A stretch of 64,000 nucleotides of DNA from a virus. The stretch covers positions 6,426 to 70,425 of the IMG/VR virus record IMGVR_UViG_3300028534_000025, one strand, 5' to 3'. The notes beneath the pieces were generated by a model. That model worked only from the letters and a program-made list of their open reading frames with translations, had not been told where the DNA came from and ran no database searches. Of this stretch, positions 29,864-39,744 are shown in pieces (positions within the stretch are counted from its first letter, which is position 1; each line of letters begins with the position of its first letter). A program made the position numbers and the translations under genes.

Positions 29864-31039
29864 TTGAATACAATATCATTTAATAATAAGGTTGTTTCAG
29901 ACAACACATGGAAAGTTTTAGCAGATTTTAGAGAAGAGGATCATGCTAAAATTGATAATATATTAAAAAATATGTTTGGAAATATTAAAAAATTATTACC
30001 AAATAATTTTAAATATGAAATAATAAAAGAAGAAAGTAATAGCAATTACCTAGCAGATGCTGGAACATATTATGATGAATATAAAATAAAGATGAAAGCA
30101 GATGATCATGAACAAGAGTTATCTTTTTTATATCCAAAATTAGTTCAAAAAAATTATTTCATATTAAACGGATCATTTTATGTACCATTAATATTTTTAG
30201 AACGTTCTCCAATTGATATTTTGCGAAATGAAAAAAGAGGAGAAAATATATTTGTAAATTTATTACCAACATTTAATCTTACTTTTAATTTCGCAAAAAA
30301 CACTTTAGTTTTTCGAAAAAAAGAAGCAATGTTAAATGCGTTTATGAAAGCGCTTTATGGAGAAGAATCAGATAGATATAAAAAATTAGTAAATGATAAT
30401 ATCATTGAAGAAACAGATTTAAATGAACATGATTCAAAAATTCATGTTCTAAAAATGATGGGTATTCATAATACTGAGTTTTTTGAAAACTCAGATATGA
30501 CTTTATCTAAGTTTTTTGATGATTATTTATTTTTAGATTATTTCAAAGATATGTTTACTGATTTTTTTGATGTTAATGATATTAAAGGTGTTGTTGATCA
30601 AGTTATAAAATATCATACAGAACAAACAGAAATAGATATGGCATCATTAAAAAATAGAAGAATAGTATGTAATGAATATTTAATTACAGCTATTTATGAA
30701 ATGTATTTAAGATTACTTTTTAGCTCAGTTGAAAAAAAAGAAAATCAATCATTTTTACCTACAATGAATAAAAGAGTTATTTTAACCACAGGATTTAGAG
30801 GATTAATGCATGGAGGAAATTTTTTTAATATTGGATTACCTTATACAAGTCCTATTTTAAATAAAATATCACAAGATATTTATATTATTAGTGATAGTAG
30901 AATACCTAAGAGTTGGACTAGTAATCATCCTAGTGCTCTTGGAAGAATTTGCCCAATAAGTGTATCGGCACAGAACATGGGTTCAAATATAGTTGGAACA
31001 AACAATATGTTAGTTAATCATTATGGTAGAGTTAAATAA
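29864..31039 (+). CDS. rpoB: RNA polymerase beta-like subunit, N-terminal part
   Basis: YPKL..NYFILNG, SLKNRRI, NHPSALGRICPIS (cf. H.SHYGRICPIE); TTG start at 29864 after AAGGAG. Confidence 0.82.
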   Translation: MNTISFNNKVVSDNTWKVLADFREEDHAKIDNILKNMFGNIKKLLPNNFKYEIIKEESNSNYLADAGTYYDEYKIKMKADDHEQELSFLYPKLVQKNYFILNGSFYVPLIFLERSPIDILRNEKRGENIFVNLLPTFNLTFNFAKNTLVFRKKEAMLNAFMKALYGEESDRYKKLVNDNIIEETDLNEHDSKIHVLKMMGIHNTEFFENSDMTLSKFFDDYLFLDYFKDMFTDFFDVNDIKGVVDQVIKYHTEQTEIDMASLKNRRIVCNEYLITAIYEMYLRLLFSSVEKKENQSFLPTMNKRVILTTGFRGLMHGGNFFNIGLPYTSPILNKISQDIYIISDSRIPKSWTSNHPSALGRICPISVSAQNMGSNIVGTNNMLVNHYGRVK

Positions 31040-31050
31040 AGCAATATACT

Positions 31051-31950
31051 ATGATAGATGATCTAAAAAAAGAAAAAATTTTATCAAAATTAAATATTAT
31101 ACATAATAATAAATATATATATGATCTATCAAATTATAAAAATATAAATTCAATTATTAATATAACTTGTAAAATTCATGGAAAATTTAAACAAAAATTT
31201 TACAATCATATGTATAGAAAAAATGGTTGTAAAAAATGTAATATTAAAGGACATTCACATTTAACATTATTTGATTTTATTATAAAAGCAAATAATGTTC
31301 ATAATAATAAATATATATATGATAAAGTTAAATATACAAATTATAAAACTAATATCAACATTGTATGTAAAAAACACGGATTATTTAAACAATCACCACT
31401 TAATCATATATCAAATAAAGCTGGTTGTCCAAAATGTGCAAATAATAAATTATTAACATTAGATGAATTTATTATGAAATCAAATATTGTTCATAATAAT
31501 TTATATGATTATTCACAGAGCAAATATATTTCAGGAAATAAAAAAATAAATATTATATGTAAAAAGCATGGAATATTTAAACAAACACCTGAATCACATT
31601 TACAATATCATGGTTGTCCAAAATGCAATAATTCAAGAGGAGAATTATTAATATATGATATTTTGAAAAAAAATAATATCAAATTTAAATGTGAACATAA
31701 ATTTGATGATTGTATAAATATACAAACTGGTTATAAATTAAGATTTGATTTTTATTTATATGAATTAAATATTTGTATAGAATATGATGGGAAACAACAT
31801 TTTGAAAATAATAGTTTTTTTAATAATAAAGATATTTTTAAACAATTATTAATTCGAGATATGATAAAAGATCAATATTGTGATATGAATAATATCAAAT
31901 TAATACGAATAAATTATAATAATGAAATTTATTCAATAATAGGAGAATAA
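31051..31950 (+). CDS. free-standing homing endonuclease-like protein (repeated C.KHG.F.Q..H..GC..C modules plus C-terminal PD-(D/E)xK/Vsr-like domain)
   Basis: three Cys/His repeats; SRGE, RFDFYL..LNICIEYDGKQH, KD.YC..NNIKLIRI. Confidence 0.8.
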   Translation: MIDDLKKEKILSKLNIIHNNKYIYDLSNYKNINSIINITCKIHGKFKQKFYNHMYRKNGCKKCNIKGHSHLTLFDFIIKANNVHNNKYIYDKVKYTNYKTNINIVCKKHGLFKQSPLNHISNKAGCPKCANNKLLTLDEFIMKSNIVHNNLYDYSQSKYISGNKKINIICKKHGIFKQTPESHLQYHGCPKCNNSRGELLIYDILKKNNIKFKCEHKFDDCINIQTGYKLRFDFYLYELNICIEYDGKQHFENNSFFNNKDIFKQLLIRDMIKDQYCDMNNIKLIRINYNNEIYSIIGE

Positions 31951-31951
31951 T

Positions 31952-32521
31952 ATGAAAACATTATTTAATATATACAAAAAAACGTATTATATATTATCAC
32001 AAACAATAGGTATAATTATATTTATGGTATGGATATTTGATTATATTCAATTTGGTGAAATAGTATTAATTTTTATTTTTTACATTAGTTTATATGTTAA
32101 ATTGAATTTAAGTTCAGATAATATTATTGATAATGATAGAGAAGTTATTACAGCAAATAAATTAAATATTGATAAGTTTTGTGATAAATATTATAAATAT
32201 AATCTATTTGCAAGAAATATTTTAAAAGAAAAAGTTATAAAAAAAAGATTAGAATTCTTGAAAAAACAAGAAGAAATTGATAAAAATCAATATACAAATA
32301 AGTCATATAAAAATAATAAAATATTAAAGTGTTTTAATAATCTTGAAATAACATCAGATATGATTAATGATAAATCAAAAATAAAAGATGTAATAAAAAA
32401 ACAATATAAAAAGGTTGCAAAAAAATATCATCCAGATTTAAATCCAAATGATATACATGCTGCTCATAAATTTCAAATCATAAGTGATTCAAAAGATTAC
32501 TTATTAACAATATATATTTAA
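31952..32521 (+). CDS. membrane-anchored J-domain (DnaJ-like) protein
   Basis: two N-terminal hydrophobic helices; IKKQYKKVAKKYHPDLN...KFQII. Confidence 0.85.
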   Translation: MKTLFNIYKKTYYILSQTIGIIIFMVWIFDYIQFGEIVLIFIFYISLYVKLNLSSDNIIDNDREVITANKLNIDKFCDKYYKYNLFARNILKEKVIKKRLEFLKKQEEIDKNQYTNKSYKNNKILKCFNNLEITSDMINDKSKIKDVIKKQYKKVAKKYHPDLNPNDIHAAHKFQIISDSKDYLLTIYI

Positions 32522-32530
32522 AGGTTAAAT

Positions 32531-32932
32531 ATGGTAAAATTAAAGATAGAATCAATAAATTTTATTGATATAAATGTAAATGATATAAATTATCATATAA
32601 ATCATAATACAATTGCAAATTTTGAACATAAAGATATTGATAATATAATGTTTGAAATATTATCTAAAAATATAAATGGTTATATTTTTAAAATAGAAAA
32701 TGTTGGTATAGTTATATTAAATGAAACATGTGAAATAAAAGATAATATTTTACAATTAAAATGTAGAGAATCATTAAGATATAAATTAACAAAAGAATGT
32801 TTAGATAAATTAATATTAGATATAAATGAATTATTTTATAATATTCCTGATTTTGATGGAATAAATATAAAATATACAGATTATGTTGGATTTATTAAAG
32901 AAGATTTAAGAAAATTAAAGGAACAAAAATGA
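32531..32932 (+). CDS. hypothetical protein
   Basis: 133 aa ORF. Confidence 0.6.
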   Translation: MVKLKIESINFIDINVNDINYHINHNTIANFEHKDIDNIMFEILSKNINGYIFKIENVGIVILNETCEIKDNILQLKCRESLRYKLTKECLDKLILDINELFYNIPDFDGINIKYTDYVGFIKEDLRKLKEQK

Positions 32933-33156
32933 TATGTTTAATAACAATGAATAATAAAAACGCTTACAGTTATGATAATGTTATAAAAGTAGAGCATCAA
33001 GGATCATATATAAAAATAGTACAAAATAAAAATGTAAATGAAATTTCTTTATATAATAATAAAAATATTGATATTAATTTAGATTTATATACAAGTACAG
33101 GAGTATTATTATCTAAATCAAGATATATAAATGGTAAATTGGAAGGAGAAATATAA
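32929..33156 (+). CDS. hypothetical protein
   Basis: 75 aa ORF, ATGA overlap. Confidence 0.55.
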   Translation: MICLITMNNKNAYSYDNVIKVEHQGSYIKIVQNKNVNEISLYNNKNIDINLDLYTSTGVLLSKSRYINGKLEGEI

Positions 33157-33157
33157 T

Positions 33158-35503
33158 ATGCAAAAAATAAATACAAGTATTACAAATGCTTTAGAAGATG
33201 TTGCAGGTAAAAAAAAATATCAAGATGATCATTTAATTAATGAGCTTAATGAAGCTGATATAGAAAATGCAAACAAAATAGATAAGATTAATATTAGAAA
33301 AGAATATCAATTAGAATCGGAAGATACAAATATATTTAGTCCTCAAATTGAGGTTTTTGCTCCATTTGCAGCTCATGTTGATGCAAGTAGATCAAATATG
33401 TCAGCAAAACAATTATTACAAGTTGTTACATCTAAAAATAATGATATACCTTTTGCTTTAAATAAAAATTTTAAAAGCTTGACAAATATCAATTCACCAT
33501 TTATTGAATTTGCGGAAGATGATGGTTTTGTATTATCAGATGTTGGAGAATTTTTAATAATATATTATACAACATTAAAAAAAATAGAAACAAAATATGT
33601 ACCAAAATCAAAAGCTTTAGTTAATAATGCTATTACTTTAAGATATAAAAGAACAAAAAATATTGATGAATCAAATTTCAAAAAAGGTGATGTATTATTT
33701 GATTACACTGGACAAGTATTACATAGTTCAATACCAAAAATAGGTTATAGAACTAATATCATGTATGGTCAATTTTTTGGTTATACGGCAGAAGATGCTT
33801 TTGTAGCATCTGAAGATTGGGCAAAAAGAACAACAATAAGTTATAAAAAAAAAGTATTTGTACCAATTACTAAATTATTCAAATATTTTAAAAATAAAAA
33901 AGGAAATTACTTTTATGATGAAGGTGAAATATTACAAGAAAATTATTTAGACTATTTAAAGACAGATATGTCTTCATCATTTTTAAGTGAATTTACGAAT
34001 ATTTCTGAAAAAAAATCTAAAATATATGGAAGAAGTGTTGATGCTATTCCTGGAGCAACTATTGATAAAGTTAAAGTTCATATAATAAATAAAGATAAAA
34101 CATTTCAAGAATTAGAAGATGAATATATTTATACTAAAGGATTAATTGAAGAAACTTTAAAAATATATAATAGACAAATGGATATTAAAAGACAAGTATA
34201 TAGAGATTTTAAAGCATCTTTAAATGAAGAATATGCAATTGCATATACAAATAGTGTTATAAATAAATGGGAAACAACAGAACATTTTTCAAAATTAACA
34301 TTAGAACAGATTGCACAAGATTATAATATTGATACAGAACATATAGATTTAGTTTTAGAAATTGAAATGTCTAAAGATGAAAATACTTGTCTTGGAGATA
34401 AATTTGCAAATGTATATGCTGGAAAAGGGGTTTGTTCATTAATAATTCCAACACATTTAATGCCTAAAGATGAACATGGTATTCCTGCAGATATTATTTT
34501 TAATCCACTTGGATCATTTGGTCGAAATAACTGGGGAACAATGTTTGAAATAGCAATAGCTAGAGTTGTTGAAGATGTTCAAAGTGTTACTTATGGTAAT
34601 TTATCAAAAGAAACGGTAGATAGATTACAATTTATAAATAAACATTTTATTAAAAAGTTTGATAAAGAATATTATGAAGAAGTTAATACATTAATTGCTA
34701 AATTAAAAATTAATAAAGATGACTGGATTAATTTTAAAAAAGATGTTTTAAAAAATAAATTTTTTTTATATATTGATACATTTCCAGGAATAACTTATGA
34801 TGATTTTATTAGAAATTTTATCATACCATATGAAGAAAAATTTAATATTAATATCACTAAAAAACATAAAACAAAATATTCTACAGAATTAATGAAATAT
34901 ATGAGAGATAGAGGATATGTATCATCTGTTTATACAAAAGATGATATAGAGGAAGTTGAACAAAATGTATTTTTTGGTAAAAATTATTGGGTAAAATTAT
35001 TTCATACGAGTCATAGTAAATATAATGCATTAGGGTTTGCATCAAGTTATAGTAAAACTACTGGTGAGCCTCCAAAAGGATCTAAAAAAAATGGTGGAGC
35101 ACATACATCATGGCAAACAACTTGGGCAACAGTAGGACATAAAGATCAAAATGCTATGTTAAAAGAATTATCTACTATTAAATCAAGTGCAATATATGAT
35201 AAAAATAATTTTATGCAAAAAATAATAAAAGATGGTGAATATCATCTAAAAGATACTTACAGATCTCCAACAATCACAACATTAAATAATGCTTTAAATA
35301 TGATTATGTTAGAATTTGATAATGTTGAACAATTATCATATGAATTTAATAATGTTGTTGATGATATGGAAAATGATTTAGATATAAAAATTGAAGACTT
35401 ATTTGAATCAACTTCTGAAGACTCGGAAGATCGAAATGATATAGGTGTTGAAGATGATTTAGATGATATTGATTATGATATTATTACTGGAGAAGTAAAA
35501 TGA
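33158..35503 (+). CDS. rpoB: RNA polymerase beta-like subunit, C-terminal part
   Basis: PFAAHVDASRSNMSAKQLLQ, GYTAEDAFVAS, LGDKFANVYAGKGVCS, DIIFNPLGSFGRNNWG, YWVKLFH, TGEPPKG..KNGG; AAGGAG RBS before ATG 33158. Confidence 0.92.
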   Translation: MQKINTSITNALEDVAGKKKYQDDHLINELNEADIENANKIDKINIRKEYQLESEDTNIFSPQIEVFAPFAAHVDASRSNMSAKQLLQVVTSKNNDIPFALNKNFKSLTNINSPFIEFAEDDGFVLSDVGEFLIIYYTTLKKIETKYVPKSKALVNNAITLRYKRTKNIDESNFKKGDVLFDYTGQVLHSSIPKIGYRTNIMYGQFFGYTAEDAFVASEDWAKRTTISYKKKVFVPITKLFKYFKNKKGNYFYDEGEILQENYLDYLKTDMSSSFLSEFTNISEKKSKIYGRSVDAIPGATIDKVKVHIINKDKTFQELEDEYIYTKGLIEETLKIYNRQMDIKRQVYRDFKASLNEEYAIAYTNSVINKWETTEHFSKLTLEQIAQDYNIDTEHIDLVLEIEMSKDENTCLGDKFANVYAGKGVCSLIIPTHLMPKDEHGIPADIIFNPLGSFGRNNWGTMFEIAIARVVEDVQSVTYGNLSKETVDRLQFINKHFIKKFDKEYYEEVNTLIAKLKINKDDWINFKKDVLKNKFFLYIDTFPGITYDDFIRNFIIPYEEKFNINITKKHKTKYSTELMKYMRDRGYVSSVYTKDDIEEVEQNVFFGKNYWVKLFHTSHSKYNALGFASSYSKTTGEPPKGSKKNGGAHTSWQTTWATVGHKDQNAMLKELSTIKSSAIYDKNNFMQKIIKDGEYHLKDTYRSPTITTLNNALNMIMLEFDNVEQLSYEFNNVVDDMENDLDIKIEDLFESTSEDSEDRNDIGVEDDLDDIDYDIITGEVK

Positions 35504-35751
35504 GTAAAATATTAATTGAAGATGAACTTGATACAATTAGAATAAATTATAAATCTTTACCATCATTTATTAGAAGTGATATTGAAGAATTTCAAGAAGA
35601 AAATAACCTATATTTAGATATAGATAAAAATGGTTATTGTAATATTAAAAAAGCGTTAGATTATTGGTTACAATGGAATGGTATTGTTGGATATACTAAC
35701 AATATCATTACATTTATAAATTGTATTATTATTGATAAAAAAGAAATTTAA
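35500..35751 (+). CDS. hypothetical protein
   Basis: 83 aa ORF, WLQWNGIVGY motif. Confidence 0.6.
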   Translation: MSKILIEDELDTIRINYKSLPSFIRSDIEEFQEENNLYLDIDKNGYCNIKKALDYWLQWNGIVGYTNNIITFINCIIIDKKEI

Positions 35752-36635
35752 TGGCAAAAAAGTTAACTATTGATGAATTCATTCTTCGAGCAAATAAAAT
35801 TCATAAAAAATATAATTATAAAAATTATAATGGATTAAAATATAATGTTGATATATTTTGTTCTGAAAAAGATCATGGATGGTTTTCTGTATCTGCTAAT
35901 ACTCATTTATACGATAAAGTTGGTTGTCCATTTTGTTCAAGAAAAAAATTTAATATTAATTTATTATATTCTATATTAGATAATTATAAATATAATATTA
36001 ATTTTATTTATTGTTTAGATGATATTGTATATTCTTTAAATGATAATATATCAATGAAATGTTTAAAATGTAATAATATTAATAATAAAAAAATAAAAAA
36101 TATTATACATAAAAATACAGGATGTAAGTGTAATAAAGGATTAGATATGAAAGAAACTTTTATCAATAGAGCATCTAAAATTAATCCAAAATACAATTAT
36201 GATTTTGTAAATTTTATAAATTCAAGAACTAAGGTTAAAATAATATGTGATAATAATCATATATTTTATCAAACACCTGATAATCACATTTATAAGAAAC
36301 AAGGTTGTCCAAAATGTAATATATCATATGGTGAAAAAGAAATTATAAAAATATTAAATGATAAAAATATTAATTTTATTCACCAATATAAATTTGATAA
36401 ATGTTATTTTAAACGAAAATTATCTTTCGATTTTTATTTACCAGATTTAAATATATGTATAGAATATGATGGGATACAACATTTTAAAGAAGTAAAATTC
36501 TTTGGAGGAAAGCAAAAATTAATATATATACAAAATAATGATTTTATAAAAAATAATTATTGTAAACGAAATAATATAAAACTCATACGTATAAGTTATG
36601 ATGAAAATATAAAAAATAAATTAAAGGATATTTAA
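35751..36635 (+). CDS. free-standing homing endonuclease-like protein, paralogue of 31051..31950
   Basis: same Cys/His repeats and SYGE...FDFYLPDLNICIEYDGIQH domain. Confidence 0.8.
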   Translation: MAKKLTIDEFILRANKIHKKYNYKNYNGLKYNVDIFCSEKDHGWFSVSANTHLYDKVGCPFCSRKKFNINLLYSILDNYKYNINFIYCLDDIVYSLNDNISMKCLKCNNINNKKIKNIIHKNTGCKCNKGLDMKETFINRASKINPKYNYDFVNFINSRTKVKIICDNNHIFYQTPDNHIYKKQGCPKCNISYGEKEIIKILNDKNINFIHQYKFDKCYFKRKLSFDFYLPDLNICIEYDGIQHFKEVKFFGGKQKLIYIQNNDFIKNNYCKRNNIKLIRISYDENIKNKLKDI

Positions 36636-38527
36636 TGGCAAAAAAGAAACATAGACATTCAATGAAAACTGATCAAGATTGGGTTCTTAGTAGACCTGCA
36701 TCATTTATTGGTGCTATTACTGAAGGAATTCATGAAGAATATATATTAGATGAAAATATAAAAAAGTTTGTTAAAACAGAAATATCATATGTACCTGCAC
36801 TTGTTAAAATTATAAATGAAATAATAGATAACTCTGTTGATGCACCTAGAGGAAATAAAAAATTAAAAATTGATATAACTATTAATGGTAAAACTATAAC
36901 ATGTAAAGATAATGGTGTAGGAATACCAATTGATTTTATTAAAGATTTAGATGGTCAAGACATTATTATCCCCAAAGCTTGTTGGGGTAAAATGAAAAGT
37001 GGATCAAACTATAATGATGATGAAGAAGATGCCACCACTATAGGTACAAATGGAGTAGGTTCTTTTGCATGTAATGTTTGGTCAACTAGTTTTATTGGTA
37101 AAACATGTGATGGAAAACAACAATATATTGGTACTTGGAAAAATAATGCTATGGATTATACTGAAGTTATTACAAAGAAAAATTGTAATTCTGGAACTAT
37201 AGTTGAATTTATACCTGATCTTGAAAGATTTGGTATTCAAGGAGATATACCAAATTCTATATATCAAGTTATAAAACAACGATTAATAAATTTATCAGCA
37301 ACTTTTAAAGATATAACTTTTTCATTTAATAAAGAAGTATTACAATATACAAATGAACAGTTTTTAAGTTTCTTAGGAGATAATGGAAATATGTATACTA
37401 CAGATAAATATAGTATAGCTATTTTTCCATCAACTTCAGGAGATTTTGAATGTTTCTCTATTATTAATGGATTAAATTTAAAAGGTGGTACACATATTGA
37501 TTATATTTTAAAATATATGGTATCAGGAATAAAAGATAAGTTACCAAAAAAATTTGATTCAATTAAGCCAGGAGATATTAAAACAAAATTAAAAATAGTT
37601 ATTATTGGTAATTCATTTCCAACAATTGTTTGGGATGGTCAAACTAAAGAAAAGATAAAAAATAGTGATAAAGATATCAGAATATATTTAGGAGATGATT
37701 GGAAAGAAATGATTCCAAAAGTTGCATCTAATAAAGATATTATAGAACCTATTACTTTTTTACATCAAGCAAAGATAGATGCTGAAGAAAAGAGAGCTGC
37801 AGCAGATGCAGATAAAGAAGTTAAAAAATCTAAAGTTTTAAAGTTTAGACCTGCTACAAAATCAAAAACATATTTATCTGTAGTAGAAGGTGATTCTGCT
37901 CTTAAGGGAATAATAAAAGCTCTCACACGAGAACATATAGGTTATTTACCTTTGAGAGGAGTAGTTATTAATGTTAATACATCTAATATGAGTAAGATTG
38001 TATCAAATAAAGAATTTAAAGATTTAATGAATGTTTTAGGATTAAAATTTAATGCTAAAAATAATTGTCTTGAGATGGTTTATGATTATATTGTTATTAT
38101 GACAGATGCAGATGTAGATGGTCAACATATTCAAGGATTACTACAAGGATTCTTTGCAAAGTTTATACCAAACATATTTGCTGAAAAAAGATTACTTGTA
38201 TTAAAAACACCTATTAAAGTTGCAAAAGATAAAAAAGAAAATATGGTTGCAGCATTTTTAAATGAAGATGAGTATAAAGAATTTATATCTAAAAAGACAA
38301 ATACTAAATATGATATAGAATATAAAAAAGGATTGGGTTCAATGAATCCAAAAGAATATGAACAATTTTTTAAATTAAGACCTTTTGAAACTTGTCTACA
38401 AGTTATAACATATGAAGATGAAATTGAACTAGATACTATGAGTTTATGGTTAGATGATGATGCAGATGTGCGTAAAGAGAAAATGCAAAATCGTTTAAAG
38501 AATGGTTTTGATATAGACGCAATTTAA
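36635..38527 (+). CDS. type II DNA topoisomerase, ATPase/TOPRIM (B) subunit (T4 gp39+60-like)
   Basis: EIIDNSVD, DNGVGIP, GTNGVGS, VEGDSA, PLRG, MTDADVDGQHI, YKKGLGS. Confidence 0.95.
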   Translation: MAKKKHRHSMKTDQDWVLSRPASFIGAITEGIHEEYILDENIKKFVKTEISYVPALVKIINEIIDNSVDAPRGNKKLKIDITINGKTITCKDNGVGIPIDFIKDLDGQDIIIPKACWGKMKSGSNYNDDEEDATTIGTNGVGSFACNVWSTSFIGKTCDGKQQYIGTWKNNAMDYTEVITKKNCNSGTIVEFIPDLERFGIQGDIPNSIYQVIKQRLINLSATFKDITFSFNKEVLQYTNEQFLSFLGDNGNMYTTDKYSIAIFPSTSGDFECFSIINGLNLKGGTHIDYILKYMVSGIKDKLPKKFDSIKPGDIKTKLKIVIIGNSFPTIVWDGQTKEKIKNSDKDIRIYLGDDWKEMIPKVASNKDIIEPITFLHQAKIDAEEKRAAADADKEVKKSKVLKFRPATKSKTYLSVVEGDSALKGIIKALTREHIGYLPLRGVVINVNTSNMSKIVSNKEFKDLMNVLGLKFNAKNNCLEMVYDYIVIMTDADVDGQHIQGLLQGFFAKFIPNIFAEKRLLVLKTPIKVAKDKKENMVAAFLNEDEYKEFISKKTNTKYDIEYKKGLGSMNPKEYEQFFKLRPFETCLQVITYEDEIELDTMSLWLDDDADVRKEKMQNRLKNGFDIDAI

Positions 38528-38556
38528 TATAATATTTTATTTATGGATTTGTAATA

Positions 38557-38568
38557 TATTTCTATGAT
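38557..38568 (+). promoter_or_regulatory. putative promoter, TATTTC-TATGAT
   Basis: recurrent intergenic motif upstream of ORF 38612. Confidence 0.45.
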
Positions 38569-38611
38569 AAAATATAAAGAATAAATATGAGATATAAATT
38601 AAGGATAAATA

Positions 38612-38914
38612 ATGGCAACATTTTTAGAAGAAAAATTAAAATATATTGAAGCATTAGATGCTGAAATTATTAAACAAAAAACAGATATTAAAGAATTATT
38701 AAATAAATCATATTTAATACTTAAAGCCGCTAACGAACTAAATATTCAATATCCTAAAGATGAATCATTAAGTGATTGGGCTAAGAGTTGTATTGAATTT
38801 GATTATGATGAAGATAATGATGAAATATCAAAAGAAGAAACTGTAGTTAGAGATTTATATGAATATGCAAATCAAATAGAATTTATTTTTAAAAATAGGG
38901 AAAAATATGAATAA
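38612..38914 (+). CDS. hypothetical protein
   Basis: 100 aa ORF with RBS. Confidence 0.6.
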   Translation: MATFLEEKLKYIEALDAEIIKQKTDIKELLNKSYLILKAANELNIQYPKDESLSDWAKSCIEFDYDEDNDEISKEETVVRDLYEYANQIEFIFKNREKYE

Positions 38915-39233
38915 TATATTAACAACGATTAGTGCACTTGATATGATATTAGTAATGATATTAGTTTTAATAATAATGTTAATTCCATCAATAAAAGCAT
39001 CAAATGAATATAAATTAGATGGTATTCTTAGAGTTGATAAATTATTCCAAATGCTTGTTGGAATAATGATAATAATATTAATAATTTTAATGATATCATT
39101 AACTACACTTTACACTGAAAGAATAAATATATTATTAAATATAACATATGATAATAATATATCATTACCTGATATGTATAAAAAAGATATTGAAGAAATA
39201 AAAATAGAAAGATTTAAAAGGAATTTAAAATGA
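38907..39233 (+). CDS. two-TM membrane protein
   Basis: two hydrophobic segments. Confidence 0.6.
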   Translation: MNNILTTISALDMILVMILVLIIMLIPSIKASNEYKLDGILRVDKLFQMLVGIMIIILIILMISLTTLYTERINILLNITYDNNISLPDMYKKDIEEIKIERFKRNLK

Positions 39234-39733
39234 AAAATATAATATACGGATTTGCAATAGATTGTGGAGAAAAAAAAAGAATCATAACAATTAACGATAA
39301 TATTTTTACAATTGGTTGTTTTAAAGGAACATTTGAAGAATCAAAAGAAGCAATATCTAAAAAATATACAAGAATTGAATATAGGAATAGTTATATTCAA
39401 AAATTAGAAGATTGTATGAATATGAGTTGGTTGACTGATGAGATTCATGAGCAATTAAAAGATGATGTATATTCAGGTGTTCGAGTAGCAGTTGCAAAAT
39501 ATTCAGATAAATATCATGATCAATTAAAAGATGATGAAGATTCGGATGTTCGAGTAGCAGTAGCAGAATATTCAGATAAATATCATGATCACTTAAAAGA
39601 TGATAAAGATTGGTTTGTTCGATTAGCAGTTGCAGAATATTCAGATAAATATCATGAGTATTTTAAAGATGATGGAGATTGGTTTGTTCGAGTAGCAGTT
39701 GCAAAATATTCAGATAAAAATAAAAAGATTTAA
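39230..39733 (+). CDS. HEAT/LRV-like repeat protein
   Basis: four 23-aa repeats DD.D..VR.AVA.YSDKYH..LK. Confidence 0.75.
   Translation: MKNIIYGFAIDCGEKKRIITINDNIFTIGCFKGTFEESKEAISKKYTRIEYRNSYIQKLEDCMNMSWLTDEIHEQLKDDVYSGVRVAVAKYSDKYHDQLKDDEDSDVRVAVAEYSDKYHDHLKDDKDWFVRLAVAEYSDKYHEYFKDDGDWFVRVAVAKYSDKNKKI
39461..39719 (+). repeat. imperfect 69-bp coding tandem repeat, about 4 copies
   Basis: GTTCGAGTAGCAGT...TATTCAGATAAATATCATGA recurs every 69 bp. Confidence 0.85.
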
Positions 39734-39744
39734 AGGAATTTAAA

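Noticed and set aside
31039..33158. Group I intron separating the two rpoB halves
   Set aside because: The interval is filled by four ORFs with no room for a ribozyme core, and the C-terminal gene has its own strong RBS
39461..39719. DGR variable/template repeat pair
   Set aside because: Tandem in-frame protein repeats with differences not confined to adenines; no reverse transcriptase in the window
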